Shown: positions 1-8,639 of the stretch, in pieces
How positions within the stretch are numbered: position 1 is the stretch's first letter
Layout: every line of letters starts with the position of its first letter
From: Thermomicrobiales bacterium
Lineage (GTDB): Bacteria > Chloroflexota > Chloroflexia > Thermomicrobiales > UBA6265
Assembly: GCA_049840815.1 (NCBI GenBank)
Contig: JASGJI010000012.1
Span: 168,157 to 232,156 of the forward strand
Direction of reading: 5' to 3'
DNA: 64,000 nt
Notes under the pieces: generated by a model
What the model was told of the DNA's origin: nothing
What the model saw: the letters and a program-made list of their open reading frames with translations, nothing else
The model's database searches: none
Made by a program: the position numbers and the translations under genes

Positions 1-463
1 GCTCCTTTGGCTTCTCCACCAACTTCGTCACGCGATCTCCCTCGACCACCGCGACGCCGTAGGCGGACGGGTCGTCGATCACCTTGGTGAAGGCGACCGC
101 ATCGGCATCGAGGTCTGCGAGGCCGGAGAAATCGGCATCGAAGAGCGCGTCGGGATAGAGCACGATCGCGTCATCGTGGCAGTACTCGCGCGTGCGCAGC
201 ACGGCATCGGTCTGACCCAGCATTTGCGGCTGGTTCACGAAGACGAGTTCGACATCGGTGTATCGCGTGCGCGCCCACGCCTCCAGCTGATCGCCGAGAT
301 ACCCTGTGATGAAGACGAGCTTGCTCGGGCCATAGGGCATCAACCGATCGAGGATATGCTCCATCATCGGCTTGCCGGCAACCGTCACCAAGGGCTTGGG
401 CTTGCTCCACGTATGCGGCCGAAGTCTGGTCCCGAATCCCGCCGCCGGCAAGATGATATCCAC
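1..463 (-). CDS. sugar-phosphate nucleotidyltransferase (NTP_transferase fold), N-terminal part; 3' end is off the left edge
   Basis: Minus-strand translation from GTG (463, alt 469) after GGGGAGG reads VDIILPAAGFGTRLRPHTWSKPKPLVTVAGKPMMEHILDRL..., the GxGTRxxP nucleotide-binding signature. It is absent from the ORF track because it has no in-window stop. Track ORFs 171..494(-) and 176..583(+) are other frames of this gene. Confidence 0.8.
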   Translation of the reverse strand, partial: MDIILPAAGFGTRLRPHTWSKPKPLVTVAGKPMMEHILDRLMPYGPSKLVFITGYLGDQLEAWARTRYTDVELVFVNQPQMLGQTDAVLRTREYCHDDAIVLYPDALFDADFSGLADLDADAVAFTKVIDDPSAYGVAVVEGDRVTKLVEKPKE

Positions 464-622
464 GCGCACCCCTCCCCACCCATGAATGTTGCACCGCAGG
501 CCGCTCACCCAGCGAATCGCACCGTGACCAACAATGGGCCAGGCCATTTCACCAGTGCATGCGCACGCATGCCAGTCGCCTGAATCATGAAGAAGAATAC
601 CCTGCACCAGCGAGATCGGCGA

Positions 623-1117
623 TCAGGAATCCCCCAGAGACGATGGGAGATATGGCCGGATGACCGTGGCGATTTCGGGGGAGAGGCCATCGAGCATCGC
701 ATCGGTGGCACCCTCGAAGCCAGCGGGATCGAATCCCGGAGTCATCGTCGTGCCGAGCAGTGCCCACGCACCGCCTTCGACCAGCCGGGTGCCCTGCCAC
801 GTTCCCGCCGGCACGAGATGCTGAATGCGTTGTCCTGCCCGGAGGTCGCGCCCGAGGATCGTTTCGGCCGGCGGCTCTCCGTCCCGGAACGTCACCATGC
901 GGCAGGGATCGCCGAGATAGACATGGAAGAGTTCATCGTGATTCAGGCGGTGGAGGGACGAGAACGAGGTCGGCGTCACCATGTAGAAGATCGCTGTGGT
1001 GGAGCCATCGCCGGTGCGGACGTGAGTCTGGCGAAAGTACCCGCCTTCTTCGGGAAGCGGGGCCAAGTCCAGCAACGCGATCACATCGTCGGCGGTCAAG
1101 GGAGAGGAAGCAGTCAT
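623..1117 (-). CDS. cupin-fold protein, DUF985-like
   Basis: ORF 623..1150 contains LPEEGGYFRQTHV...SLHRLNHDELFHVYLGDP...GTTMTPGFD, typical of DUF985 cupins. The ATG at 1117 is preferred because the GTG at 1150 abuts the U-tract of the tRNA terminator. Confidence 0.7.
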   Translation of the reverse strand: MTASSPLTADDVIALLDLAPLPEEGGYFRQTHVRTGDGSTTAIFYMVTPTSFSSLHRLNHDELFHVYLGDPCRMVTFRDGEPPAETILGRDLRAGQRIQHLVPAGTWQGTRLVEGGAWALLGTTMTPGFDPAGFEGATDAMLDGLSPEIATVIRPYLPSSLGDS

Positions 1118-1150
1118 GGCAGGAGTCCGATCGCGCGACTCGGCGGACAC

Positions 1151-1174
1151 GAAAAAGGACCGGTTGCCCGGTCC
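1151..1174 (-). terminator. intrinsic terminator after tRNA-Glu
   Basis: The minus strand reads GGACCGGgcaaCCGGTCC followed by TTTTTC. Confidence 0.6.
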
Positions 1175-1176
1175 TC

Positions 1177-1252
1177 GGTACCCCCAGCGGGATTCGAACC
1201 CGCGATCTTCACCTTGAAAGGGTGACGTCCTAGGCCGCTAGACTATGGGGGC
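1177..1252 (-). tRNA. tRNA-Glu (anticodon UUC)
   Basis: The minus strand reads GCCCCCATAGTCTAGCGGCCTAGGACGTCACCCTTTCAAGGTGAAGATCGCGGGTTCGAATCCCGCTGGGGGTACC. It folds as a cloverleaf: 7-bp acceptor stem, GTCT/GGAC D-stem, TCACC-CTTTCAA-GGTGA anticodon arm and a GTTCGAATC T-loop. CCA is not fully encoded. Confidence 0.9.
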
Positions 1253-1288
1253 GACGCCGCACAAGATACGCGCTGGCAGGGTCACTTG

Positions 1289-2836
1289 TCAATGAAAAAC
1301 GACGTCCATGACGATGATCGCTATCCCGACCCCGACCAGAATGCCGGCTCCCGCCGCGCCGATGCCCACGACATCGCCCGCAACATCTCGCTCGAAACGC
1401 CGTCCCCACCGCCGCGCATCCTCGCTCAACAACGCGATTGCCCCGATGCACGGGATCGCCGTTGCCAGCACGAGGAAGAATCCGCCTGCCGCGAGGTCCG
1501 ACTGCGGGAATACCCCGGCGATCTCCCGAGTCACGGCGATGGTCGCAACGAGCGGCGCTTCGGCGACAACCGCAACGACGGGCACGATCCATGGAAAGGC
1601 GGCGATCGACAGGGCGAGCAGGAAGCAGAGGGGAAAGGCGACCTGCATCAGCGGGGCGACGATGAGGTTCGCAGGAATACTTCCCACCGACCACATGCCG
1701 AATACCGCGATCGAGATCGGGAGTGTCGCGAGTTGGGCGGTGATGAGCGCCGCCACAGATCGCGTCATCCACCCGCGCACACCGCCGGATGGCCACCCAA
1801 ACGCCGTCACCAGCGCCGCCGAAGCCGCCATCGACAGCCAGAAGGAGACGGACATGACGTAGGCCGGACACACGAGCATCATGCCGCCGCTGGTCAGCGC
1901 GAGAATCGTCAGGAAGTCTGGCCGCCGCCCGAACCGCATGGCCGCGAACGCGAAGGTCACGAAAAGACCGGCCCTGATTGCGGGCGCACCGAAGCCAGTC
2001 ATGCCCACATAGAGCCACACCAGCAGGATCGTCGCTCCCTGGATCGCCAGCATCCGGCGTGCCCGTCCACGAAGCAGGAGCGTCACGAGTCCCGCAAGAA
2101 TCGCGATGTTCTGCCCACTCACCGCCGTGACATGACTGAGGCCCGCCGTCTGGAATGCATCGGCGGTATCGTCACTGAGCGCGGAGTCGTCACCGGTGAC
2201 GATGCCCGCCGCCAATGTGCCCGCGTCCCCAGGGATCGCCCGGCGCAGGCCATCCGTCATGGCACGCCGGGCATCGACCAGCCTGCGTAACGGGGAAGAT
2301 CCGGTCGCGATGATCGACGCACCGTAACCCCGGAAGACTCCGCCTGCCTCCCGCCCTTCGACAAAGCGGCGGTATCCCGGTTCCAGCCCGGCAAGTGGCG
2401 TGAACTCGCCGGCGAGGAAGAGACGATCCCCGACATTCGCCCGGAGTGACGTCGGAAACATCGCAAGCACCGGCGCGTTCGACGCAAATCGCGTCCCATC
2501 CGGAAGCGTCACGGACTCGACGATGAAGAGTGCCGTGTCGTTCCGGCCACCGGGTTGCGGCATTGACTGCACGACGCCGACGACCGAATCGGCCTCGGAC
2601 AGTCGGGAATCGGCTTCCGGCAAGGATGGCTGGGAGCGCAGGACACCGAGTCCGGCCGTCGCTGCCACGATGCCGGCGGCGATGAGAACCCGGCTGAGGC
2701 CATGCTGATCGCCCTGATCGAGGAGCAGGAAGCCGAGAGCGAGCATCGTCGCAAGCACCACGCCGACCACGCCCAGCGATACTCCCGCGATCGCCGCGAG
2801 ACCGACCAGCAGCCCGAGCGGCATGCTACTCGCCAA
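1289..2836 (-). CDS. comEC: ComEC/Rec2 DNA-uptake channel, core only (no C-terminal metallo-beta-lactamase domain)
   Basis: 515-aa polytopic membrane ORF with the competence-domain motif AGLSHVTAVSGQNIAILAG. It overlaps the comEA stop by 11 nt. Confidence 0.85.
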   Translation of the reverse strand: MASSMPLGLLVGLAAIAGVSLGVVGVVLATMLALGFLLLDQGDQHGLSRVLIAAGIVAATAGLGVLRSQPSLPEADSRLSEADSVVGVVQSMPQPGGRNDTALFIVESVTLPDGTRFASNAPVLAMFPTSLRANVGDRLFLAGEFTPLAGLEPGYRRFVEGREAGGVFRGYGASIIATGSSPLRRLVDARRAMTDGLRRAIPGDAGTLAAGIVTGDDSALSDDTADAFQTAGLSHVTAVSGQNIAILAGLVTLLLRGRARRMLAIQGATILLVWLYVGMTGFGAPAIRAGLFVTFAFAAMRFGRRPDFLTILALTSGGMMLVCPAYVMSVSFWLSMAASAALVTAFGWPSGGVRGWMTRSVAALITAQLATLPISIAVFGMWSVGSIPANLIVAPLMQVAFPLCFLLALSIAAFPWIVPVVAVVAEAPLVATIAVTREIAGVFPQSDLAAGGFFLVLATAIPCIGAIALLSEDARRWGRRFERDVAGDVVGIGAAGAGILVGVGIAIIVMDVVFH

Positions 2837-3440
2837 CCGTGATCAAGGGGCGCAGCTTCTCCAGCAGCGACGGCCCGATCCCATCGACATCCTCCAGCTC
2901 GTCCACCGAGCCGAACGGCCCATGCTCCTCGCGGTACGCGACGATCCGCGCGGCGAGCACCTCTCCGACACCGGGCAGCTCGTCCAACTGCTCTGCCGTG
3001 GCGGTGTTGATGTTCAGGGGTCCCACATTCGGTTCATCGGCACTGGGAGTGCCGCCCGATGGCGACGCGGCCTTGCGGGGAATGATGATGTCCTCGCCAT
3101 CACCGACCCGCGCCGCCAGGAAGAGCCGCGTGACATCGGCGTCATCCGCGAGCCCCCCGACGGCAGCGATGGCCTCATCGAGTCTCGCTCCGGCGGGAAG
3201 GGTCACCGTTCCAGGTCGCACCACGGCGCCCTCGATCCGGACCGTGATGGTGGCGTTCGGATCGCCGGTCACCACCACCGCGACATCGCGGGAGGAATCC
3301 CACCAGATCAGCAGCGCCACGCAGGCGGCGGCGGTGATCAACGCGACAGGAATGAAGACACGCAGCGCCTTCACCACAGTCCCCCATCGGGCCTCCGACG
3401 ATCGCAGGCCCCGCGTGTTCGTGAATCGTGCAGGGTGCAC
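2826..3440 (-). CDS. comEA: ComEA DNA receptor (membrane anchor + SLBB + tandem helix-hairpin-helix)
   Basis: C-terminus reads LNINTATAEQLDELPGVGEVLAARIVAYREEHGPFGSVDELEDVDGIGPSLLEKL, and there is an N-terminal TM helix. Confidence 0.85.
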   Translation of the reverse strand: MHPARFTNTRGLRSSEARWGTVVKALRVFIPVALITAAACVALLIWWDSSRDVAVVVTGDPNATITVRIEGAVVRPGTVTLPAGARLDEAIAAVGGLADDADVTRLFLAARVGDGEDIIIPRKAASPSGGTPSADEPNVGPLNINTATAEQLDELPGVGEVLAARIVAYREEHGPFGSVDELEDVDGIGPSLLEKLRPLITVGE

Positions 3441-3513
3441 ACGATCTCACCGCCAATGACCGGAAGACGCCATACGAAACCGGGACGAAGCAAGGATAGA
3501 CCCCACGATTTCC

Positions 3514-3543
3514 TTGACGTTTAGCTAAATGGATTCCTATCAT
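3514..3543 (+). promoter_or_regulatory. sigma70-like promoter: TTGACG, 18-nt spacer, TATCAT
   Basis: The -35 is at 3514-3519 and the -10 at 3538-3543. It lies about 270 nt upstream of the ABC binding-protein gene. The -10 is palindromic with a possible divergent TATGAT. Confidence 0.5.
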
Positions 3544-3817
3544 AAGTAGGCTCGTTCTGCACAATCGACCCAAACGGGATCGGAGTGCGGTCTGGGGGAG
3601 GCATTTGATCGTTCGAAGACGGATCGTTGGTACGGCGCTATCGGATCTCGCCGCGACATCCTTCTGCGCGGTGTATGCTCCCTTGGCCGAATCTTCCGCT
3701 ACCGAAACACCTGCGCGCAGGCGAGGGTCCGTTTGTTGCGACGTTCGGAAACAGCGCATCTCCGGGTAGCAGCGTGGCTATCGGGACGCGAACACAGTAC
3801 GGAGAGGGGTTCCTGAC

Positions 3818-5635
3818 ATGAATCGTACTACGATCGATCAGCTCGTCGAGCAGTTGAGCCGCGGTGAGTTGAGCCGCCGCAGCTTCGTTCGCCGCGCCAC
3901 CGCGCTCGGCCTGTCCGCCGCCGCCGCCGGTTCGCTGGTGCGTGTCGCGGGCGCGCAATCCACGCCAGCCGCTTCGCCGGAGGCGTCCCCGGCGGCCTAC
4001 GACGGCCCCACCGGCGTCCTTTCGCCGAGCCGCGACGAGTACAACGCCGCGCTGAAGGAGCACTTCCAGTTCGAGGAAGCTGCCAGCCAGGGCGGTCAGA
4101 TCATCCACGTCCAGACTTCGGACATCGCCACGGTCAACCCGATCCTGGTGTCTGATATCTACTCCGGCTGGATCACGAGCCTCTTCAATGATGGCCTCGT
4201 GGGGCAGAGCCCGATCGATGGCTCCTACGTGCCGGGCATCGCCGACTCCTGGTCGCTTGGCGACGATGGCAAGACCTACACCTTCGCGCTGAACCCGAGC
4301 GTCACCTGGCACGACGGCACGCCGTTCACCGCCGATGATGTCGTGTTCTCCTTCGAGGCCACGACCGACTCGACCAGCCTCAGCGTTCGCCGCGGCGATG
4401 TCCTCTCCGTGCTGGAGAAGGTCGAGAAGGTCGACGATCACACCGTCAACCTCGTCGCCAAGAACATCATGGCCACCTTCCCGTTCTTCGACAAGACGGT
4501 CGGCCAGGTCGGCATGGTGGCGAAGCACATCTGGGAAGATGTCAAGTTCGCCGATTGGGGCAGCGACGCCGGCTCCACCGGCACCGACGTCAAGCGTGTG
4601 GTCGGTACGGGTGCGTTCAAGTTCGTCGAGTGGGTGACCGGCGACCATGTCACCCTCGAGAAGAACCCCGACTACTGGGACAAGTCCAGCACGCAGGTCA
4701 ACATCGACCAGTACATCTACCGCGTGATTGCCGATGCTAACTCCGCCATCCAGTCCCTCAAGACCGGCGAGAGCGACATCGCGGACGTTCCGTTCTCACA
4801 GGGCAAGAGCCTTGCGCAGTCGAACCCGGAACTGACGATCACCGACTTCGATACCTTCTCGTTCAACTACTACCTCGTGAACGAGGACCCGGCGAAGTCC
4901 GAGCTCTTCCACGACCCGAAGGTGCGCCAGGCGCTGCACTACGGCCTCGACCGCGACCTGATCGCCGAGACGGTCTACATGGGCTACGCGGTGCGCGCTG
5001 ACGGTACCCAGCCGATCCTCTCCGCCGCCTACAAGCCGGACAAGATCAACACGATCTACACCCTGGACATCGACAAGGCGAAGCAGCTGCTCGCGGATGC
5101 TGGCTGGGCCGACTCCGACGGCGATGGCATCGTCGAGAAGGACGGCACGAAGTTCAGCTTCGAACTCGAATATGCCGAGGGCGTCGCGACCTACGCGCAG
5201 CAGATCCCGTACATGCAGCAGGCATGGAAGGAGATCGGCGTCGAGATGATCCCGACCGCGACCCCGTTCCCGACCCTGCTGGACCACAACGACGCCCGCA
5301 CCTTCCAGGCGCAGTGCCTCGGCTTCTCCTGGAGCGTCGACCCGGACCAGGGCGCGATGTTCCGCACCGACTCGCTGCCGCCGGCCGGCTTCAACAGCAT
5401 GGCCTACAGCAATGCGAAGTACGATGAGCTCTCCGAGCAGCAGCTGAAGGAACTCGATCCCGAGAAGCGCATCGACATCATCGTCGAGCAGACCAACATC
5501 GTGAACGACGAGGTCGCCGCCGGTGTGATCGTCTTCCGCAAGTCGATCGTCGGCAGCTCGCCGCGCGTCCACAACTTCATCCCGAACGGCTTCGGCACCG
5601 TGTGGTCGATCCCGTACACCTGGGTCCAGTCCTAA
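3818..5635 (+). CDS. ABC transporter substrate-binding protein, family 5 (peptide/nickel, DppA/OppA-like), Tat signal
   Basis: 605-aa ORF. The N-terminus SRRSFVRRATALGLSAAAAGSLVRVAGA is a twin-arginine signal. An SBP_bac_5-like body is followed by two permease genes. Confidence 0.85.
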   Translation: MNRTTIDQLVEQLSRGELSRRSFVRRATALGLSAAAAGSLVRVAGAQSTPAASPEASPAAYDGPTGVLSPSRDEYNAALKEHFQFEEAASQGGQIIHVQTSDIATVNPILVSDIYSGWITSLFNDGLVGQSPIDGSYVPGIADSWSLGDDGKTYTFALNPSVTWHDGTPFTADDVVFSFEATTDSTSLSVRRGDVLSVLEKVEKVDDHTVNLVAKNIMATFPFFDKTVGQVGMVAKHIWEDVKFADWGSDAGSTGTDVKRVVGTGAFKFVEWVTGDHVTLEKNPDYWDKSSTQVNIDQYIYRVIADANSAIQSLKTGESDIADVPFSQGKSLAQSNPELTITDFDTFSFNYYLVNEDPAKSELFHDPKVRQALHYGLDRDLIAETVYMGYAVRADGTQPILSAAYKPDKINTIYTLDIDKAKQLLADAGWADSDGDGIVEKDGTKFSFELEYAEGVATYAQQIPYMQQAWKEIGVEMIPTATPFPTLLDHNDARTFQAQCLGFSWSVDPDQGAMFRTDSLPPAGFNSMAYSNAKYDELSEQQLKELDPEKRIDIIVEQTNIVNDEVAAGVIVFRKSIVGSSPRVHNFIPNGFGTVWSIPYTWVQS

Positions 5636-5667
5636 TCCGGCACGGGGCGACACCATCTGTCGCCTCC

Positions 5668-5709
5668 CTGTGGGCTCCAGACATGCCATGGCATGTCTGG
5701 AGCCCACAG
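5668..5709 (+). repeat. 42-nt perfect palindrome (intercistronic stem-loop between SBP and permease genes)
   Basis: CTGTGGGCTCCAGACATGCCATGGCATGTCTGGAGCCCACAG is fully self-complementary. Confidence 0.9.
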
Positions 5710-5877
5710 CCGTTGCCCTGCGTGGACCGTGACGTCGTCTACCCGGATTCCCGTCCGCAGACGATCCGTCCCCTGCCACCGACATGACTGGCCGACGTCG
5801 CGCCGATTGTCGGTCGCCGCACGCACCACCCATCGCGCGCACGTTCGCCCGCAGACCGCACCGCCTTCGAGGTCGCC

Positions 5878-6846
5878 ATGACACGCTATATCATCCGCCG
5901 AGTCCTCGGCATGATCCCGCTCCTACTCGGTATCTCCTTTATCGTGTTTGCCTTGCTGAATCTGGTGCCCGGTAGTCCGACAAACCAGTTCGAGTTCAAT
6001 CCATCGATCAAGCCGGAGGACATCGCCCGCATCAAGGCGAACCTCGGCCTCGATGCCCCATGGTATGAGCGCTATTTCATCTGGCTCGGCAACGCCGTCC
6101 GCGGCGACTTCGGGATCAGCTTCACGAATTACCGGCCCGTCACCGACATCATCGCGGCGGCGATCCCGAACACGCTGTTGCTCGCGGTCGTCTCACTCAT
6201 CATCTCGCTGGTGATCTCGATCCCGCTGGGCGTCTACTCGGCAGTGAAGCGCAACTCCCTCTTCGACCGCCTCACCACCATCCTCTCCACCGGGTTCTTC
6301 TCCGTGCCGACCGTCTGGCTCGGCCTGCTGATGATCATCCTCTTCGCGGTGAAGTTTCAGGAATGGGGGCTGCCATCGCTGCCAACCAGCGGCGTACGCA
6401 ACCTGCGTGAACCCGATACCTTCATGAACCGGCTTCAACACATCATCCTGCCCGCGCTCACGTTATCCCTTGTGAGTATCGCGGGGTGGAGTCGGTACAT
6501 CAGAACGCAGATGCTGGAAACCATTCATCAGGACTTCGTGCGGACTGCCCGCGCCAAGGGCCTCAAGGACCGCATCGTCCTGATGTCGCACGCCTTCCGC
6601 AACGCGATCCTGCCGCTGGTGACGCTGATTGGCCTCACCATTCCGGATCTCTTCGGCGGCGCGCTCATCGTGGAGAATGTCTTCGCCTACCCCGGAGTCG
6701 GCCAACAGATCGTGAAGTCGCTGCAGAGCAACGACTATTCCGTGGCGATGGCCTGTGTGATGATGCTCGCGACGTTGACCGTCGTCGGGAATCTGATCGC
6801 CGATATCCTCTATGGTGTGCTCGATCCGCGCGTCCGGTACGACTAG
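5878..6846 (+). CDS. ABC transporter permease (DppB/OppB-like)
   Basis: 322-aa, 6-TM ORF with a BPD_transp_1-type EAA region (FVRTARAKGLKDRIVLMSHAFRNA). Confidence 0.85.
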   Translation: MTRYIIRRVLGMIPLLLGISFIVFALLNLVPGSPTNQFEFNPSIKPEDIARIKANLGLDAPWYERYFIWLGNAVRGDFGISFTNYRPVTDIIAAAIPNTLLLAVVSLIISLVISIPLGVYSAVKRNSLFDRLTTILSTGFFSVPTVWLGLLMIILFAVKFQEWGLPSLPTSGVRNLREPDTFMNRLQHIILPALTLSLVSIAGWSRYIRTQMLETIHQDFVRTARAKGLKDRIVLMSHAFRNAILPLVTLIGLTIPDLFGGALIVENVFAYPGVGQQIVKSLQSNDYSVAMACVMMLATLTVVGNLIADILYGVLDPRVRYD

Positions 6847-6855
6847 CCGCCTCCC

Positions 6856-7833
6856 ATGCACCGGGAAGCTCGTCCCGGAAAGGTGCACGAATCTATGGCA
6901 GTTCAGACAACCACCAACCTCGAGGCGCCTTCCAGCCTCGGCTCGGCGATCGAAGATCGCGAGCACCTCAAGAAGTCCCGTAGCTTCTACGGACGCGCGT
7001 GGGGATCGTTCAAGCGCGACAAGGTCGCGATGGTCGCCCTCGCGATCAGCGTGATCCTGATCGTCTTCTCCTTCGGTGCGCCCATCGTGGCCATGATCAC
7101 CGGACACGACTACGCGACCGGCGACCTGCGCAGCCAATTGCTGCCGCCGTTCAAGACCAGCGACCACATCCTTGGCACCGATGCCAACGGCCGCGACATC
7201 CTCACCCGACTCGCCTATGGCGGGCGCGTCTCGATGATGGTCGCGTTCCTGTCGCTGATCTTCACGTTCGTGATCGGCGGAACCGTGGGTGCCGTCGCCG
7301 GGTTCTTCGGGGGATTCATCGACAACATCCTGATGCGTTTCGTGGATGTCGTGATCTCGATCCCCGGCATCACCCTCCTGCTGCTCGTCTCCGTCTGGTG
7401 GCGACCGGGGCCGATCGGCCTCGCCGTGGTGATCGCGTCGATCTCCTGGACGAGCGTCTCCCGCCTCATCCGGGGCGAGGTCCTGGCACTCCGTCACCGC
7501 GAGTTCGTGGAAGCGGCTCGCCTCGTGGGAGCGTCGGACCGACGGATCATCGTCTCGCACATCATGCCGAACGTGCTCTCGATCATCATCGTCTGGGCGT
7601 CACTGGCGCTGCCGGGCCTGATCATCACGGAGGCCACCCTGAGCTACCTGGGCTTCGGGGTTCGCATCCCGATCCCCTCCTGGGGAAACATGCTCCAGGA
7701 GGCGTACCAGTTCTACACCCAGTCGTGGACGTATGCGTTCCTGCCGGGCTTCATGATCTTCATCACATCGCTCTGCTTCAATCTCGTGGGCAATGGCCTG
7801 CGCGACGCGCTGGACCCGCGCCTCAACAAGTAG
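6856..7833 (+). CDS. ABC transporter permease (DppC/OppC-like)
   Basis: 325-aa ORF (alternative start 6895) with EFVEAARLVGASDRRIIVSHIMPN. Confidence 0.85.
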   Translation: MHREARPGKVHESMAVQTTTNLEAPSSLGSAIEDREHLKKSRSFYGRAWGSFKRDKVAMVALAISVILIVFSFGAPIVAMITGHDYATGDLRSQLLPPFKTSDHILGTDANGRDILTRLAYGGRVSMMVAFLSLIFTFVIGGTVGAVAGFFGGFIDNILMRFVDVVISIPGITLLLLVSVWWRPGPIGLAVVIASISWTSVSRLIRGEVLALRHREFVEAARLVGASDRRIIVSHIMPNVLSIIIVWASLALPGLIITEATLSYLGFGVRIPIPSWGNMLQEAYQFYTQSWTYAFLPGFMIFITSLCFNLVGNGLRDALDPRLNK

Positions 7834-7854
7834 TCCACGTCCACGATCCCGAAA

Positions 7855-7898
7855 ACGGGACGCTCGCCAGTTGGCGGGCGTCCCGTTCTTGCTGCCTT
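7855..7898 (+). terminator. intrinsic terminator after the ABC operon
   Basis: ACGGGACGCtCGCCagttGGCGgGCGTCCCGT is followed by a T-rich tail. No ATPase genes precede it. Confidence 0.6.
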
Positions 7899-8015
7899 CG
7901 GGTGGCTCGCTCTCTTGGTGGCATCGTGCTATGCGGGTACACTTGCGGCAGACCAAACCGGGCGAATCCGCCCAGCATCCGCGATGCGCCGAACCTTCTC
8001 ACCGATAGGGGACGA

Positions 8016-8564
8016 ATGAGCGACGAGATGATTCGGTGTCCGCAATGCGGGCACGAAAATAAGGCTGGCGATCACTTCTGTTCGAACTGTGGAACCCGCC
8101 TGCTGCGACCGAAACCGGCCCCTGATCCGGAACCAGCAGCAGTCGATCCCTATGCCGCCCCGGATGCCAACGCGGAACCCGTTTTCGCATCGGATATCCC
8201 GCAGGCGTCATCCACCGCCTCCCCATCCGGCTCGGCGTCGTCCGGGGGATACGGCTTTCCGCCACCCGCGCAGCCGAGCTTCCTCGGAGGTTCGGGACAA
8301 CCCCCATCCGGCACCATCGGAACGCAGAGTGGCGCAGGCGATGACGACGCGAACTGGCGAATGTCGAGCCTCGGACCGCCACCAAAGCCGAAGCGCCGCC
8401 TGTGGCTGTGGATCGTGCTCGGTATTCTGGGCTTCTGCATTCTCGTCTGCATTGGTCTGGCCATCTTCTTCAATACCGGCACCGGCCAGCACTGGCTGAG
8501 CGACCTGGGCACCACCGTTGCCGTTGAAGCGACGAAGCAGGCGAACGCGACGCCGACCCCATAA
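8016..8564 (+). CDS. zinc-ribbon membrane-anchored protein (low-complexity linker + 1 TM)
   Basis: MSDEMIRCPQCGHENKAGDHFCSNCG..., later LWLWIVLGILGFCILVCIGLAIFF. RBS AGGGGA. This is the last 182 codons of track ORF 6999..8564. Confidence 0.7.
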   Translation: MSDEMIRCPQCGHENKAGDHFCSNCGTRLLRPKPAPDPEPAAVDPYAAPDANAEPVFASDIPQASSTASPSGSASSGGYGFPPPAQPSFLGGSGQPPSGTIGTQSGAGDDDANWRMSSLGPPPKPKRRLWLWIVLGILGFCILVCIGLAIFFNTGTGQHWLSDLGTTVAVEATKQANATPTP

Positions 8565-8585
8565 CCGCCCTTCGCACCGCAACCG

Positions 8586-8618
8586 GAAGCCCCTCGGAGC
8601 ATGGCTCCGAGGGGCTTC
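8586..8618. terminator. bidirectional terminator hairpin between convergent genes
   Basis: GAAGCCCCTCGGAGC atg GCTCCGAGGGGCTTC forms a 15-bp perfect stem. Confidence 0.65.
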
Positions 8619-8639
8619 GTCGTCGGTCTTGAAGGAGAG

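Noticed and set aside
171-583. ORFs 171..494(-) and 176..583(+)
   Set aside because: Both are wrong frames or the wrong strand of the nucleotidyltransferase gene, whose true frame (GTG start, no in-window stop) carries the GxGTR motif.
6999-8015. N-terminal 339 codons of ORF 6999..8564
   Set aside because: This part is an alternative frame of the DppC-like permease. Only the part from ATG 8016, which has an RBS and a zinc-ribbon motif, looks coding.
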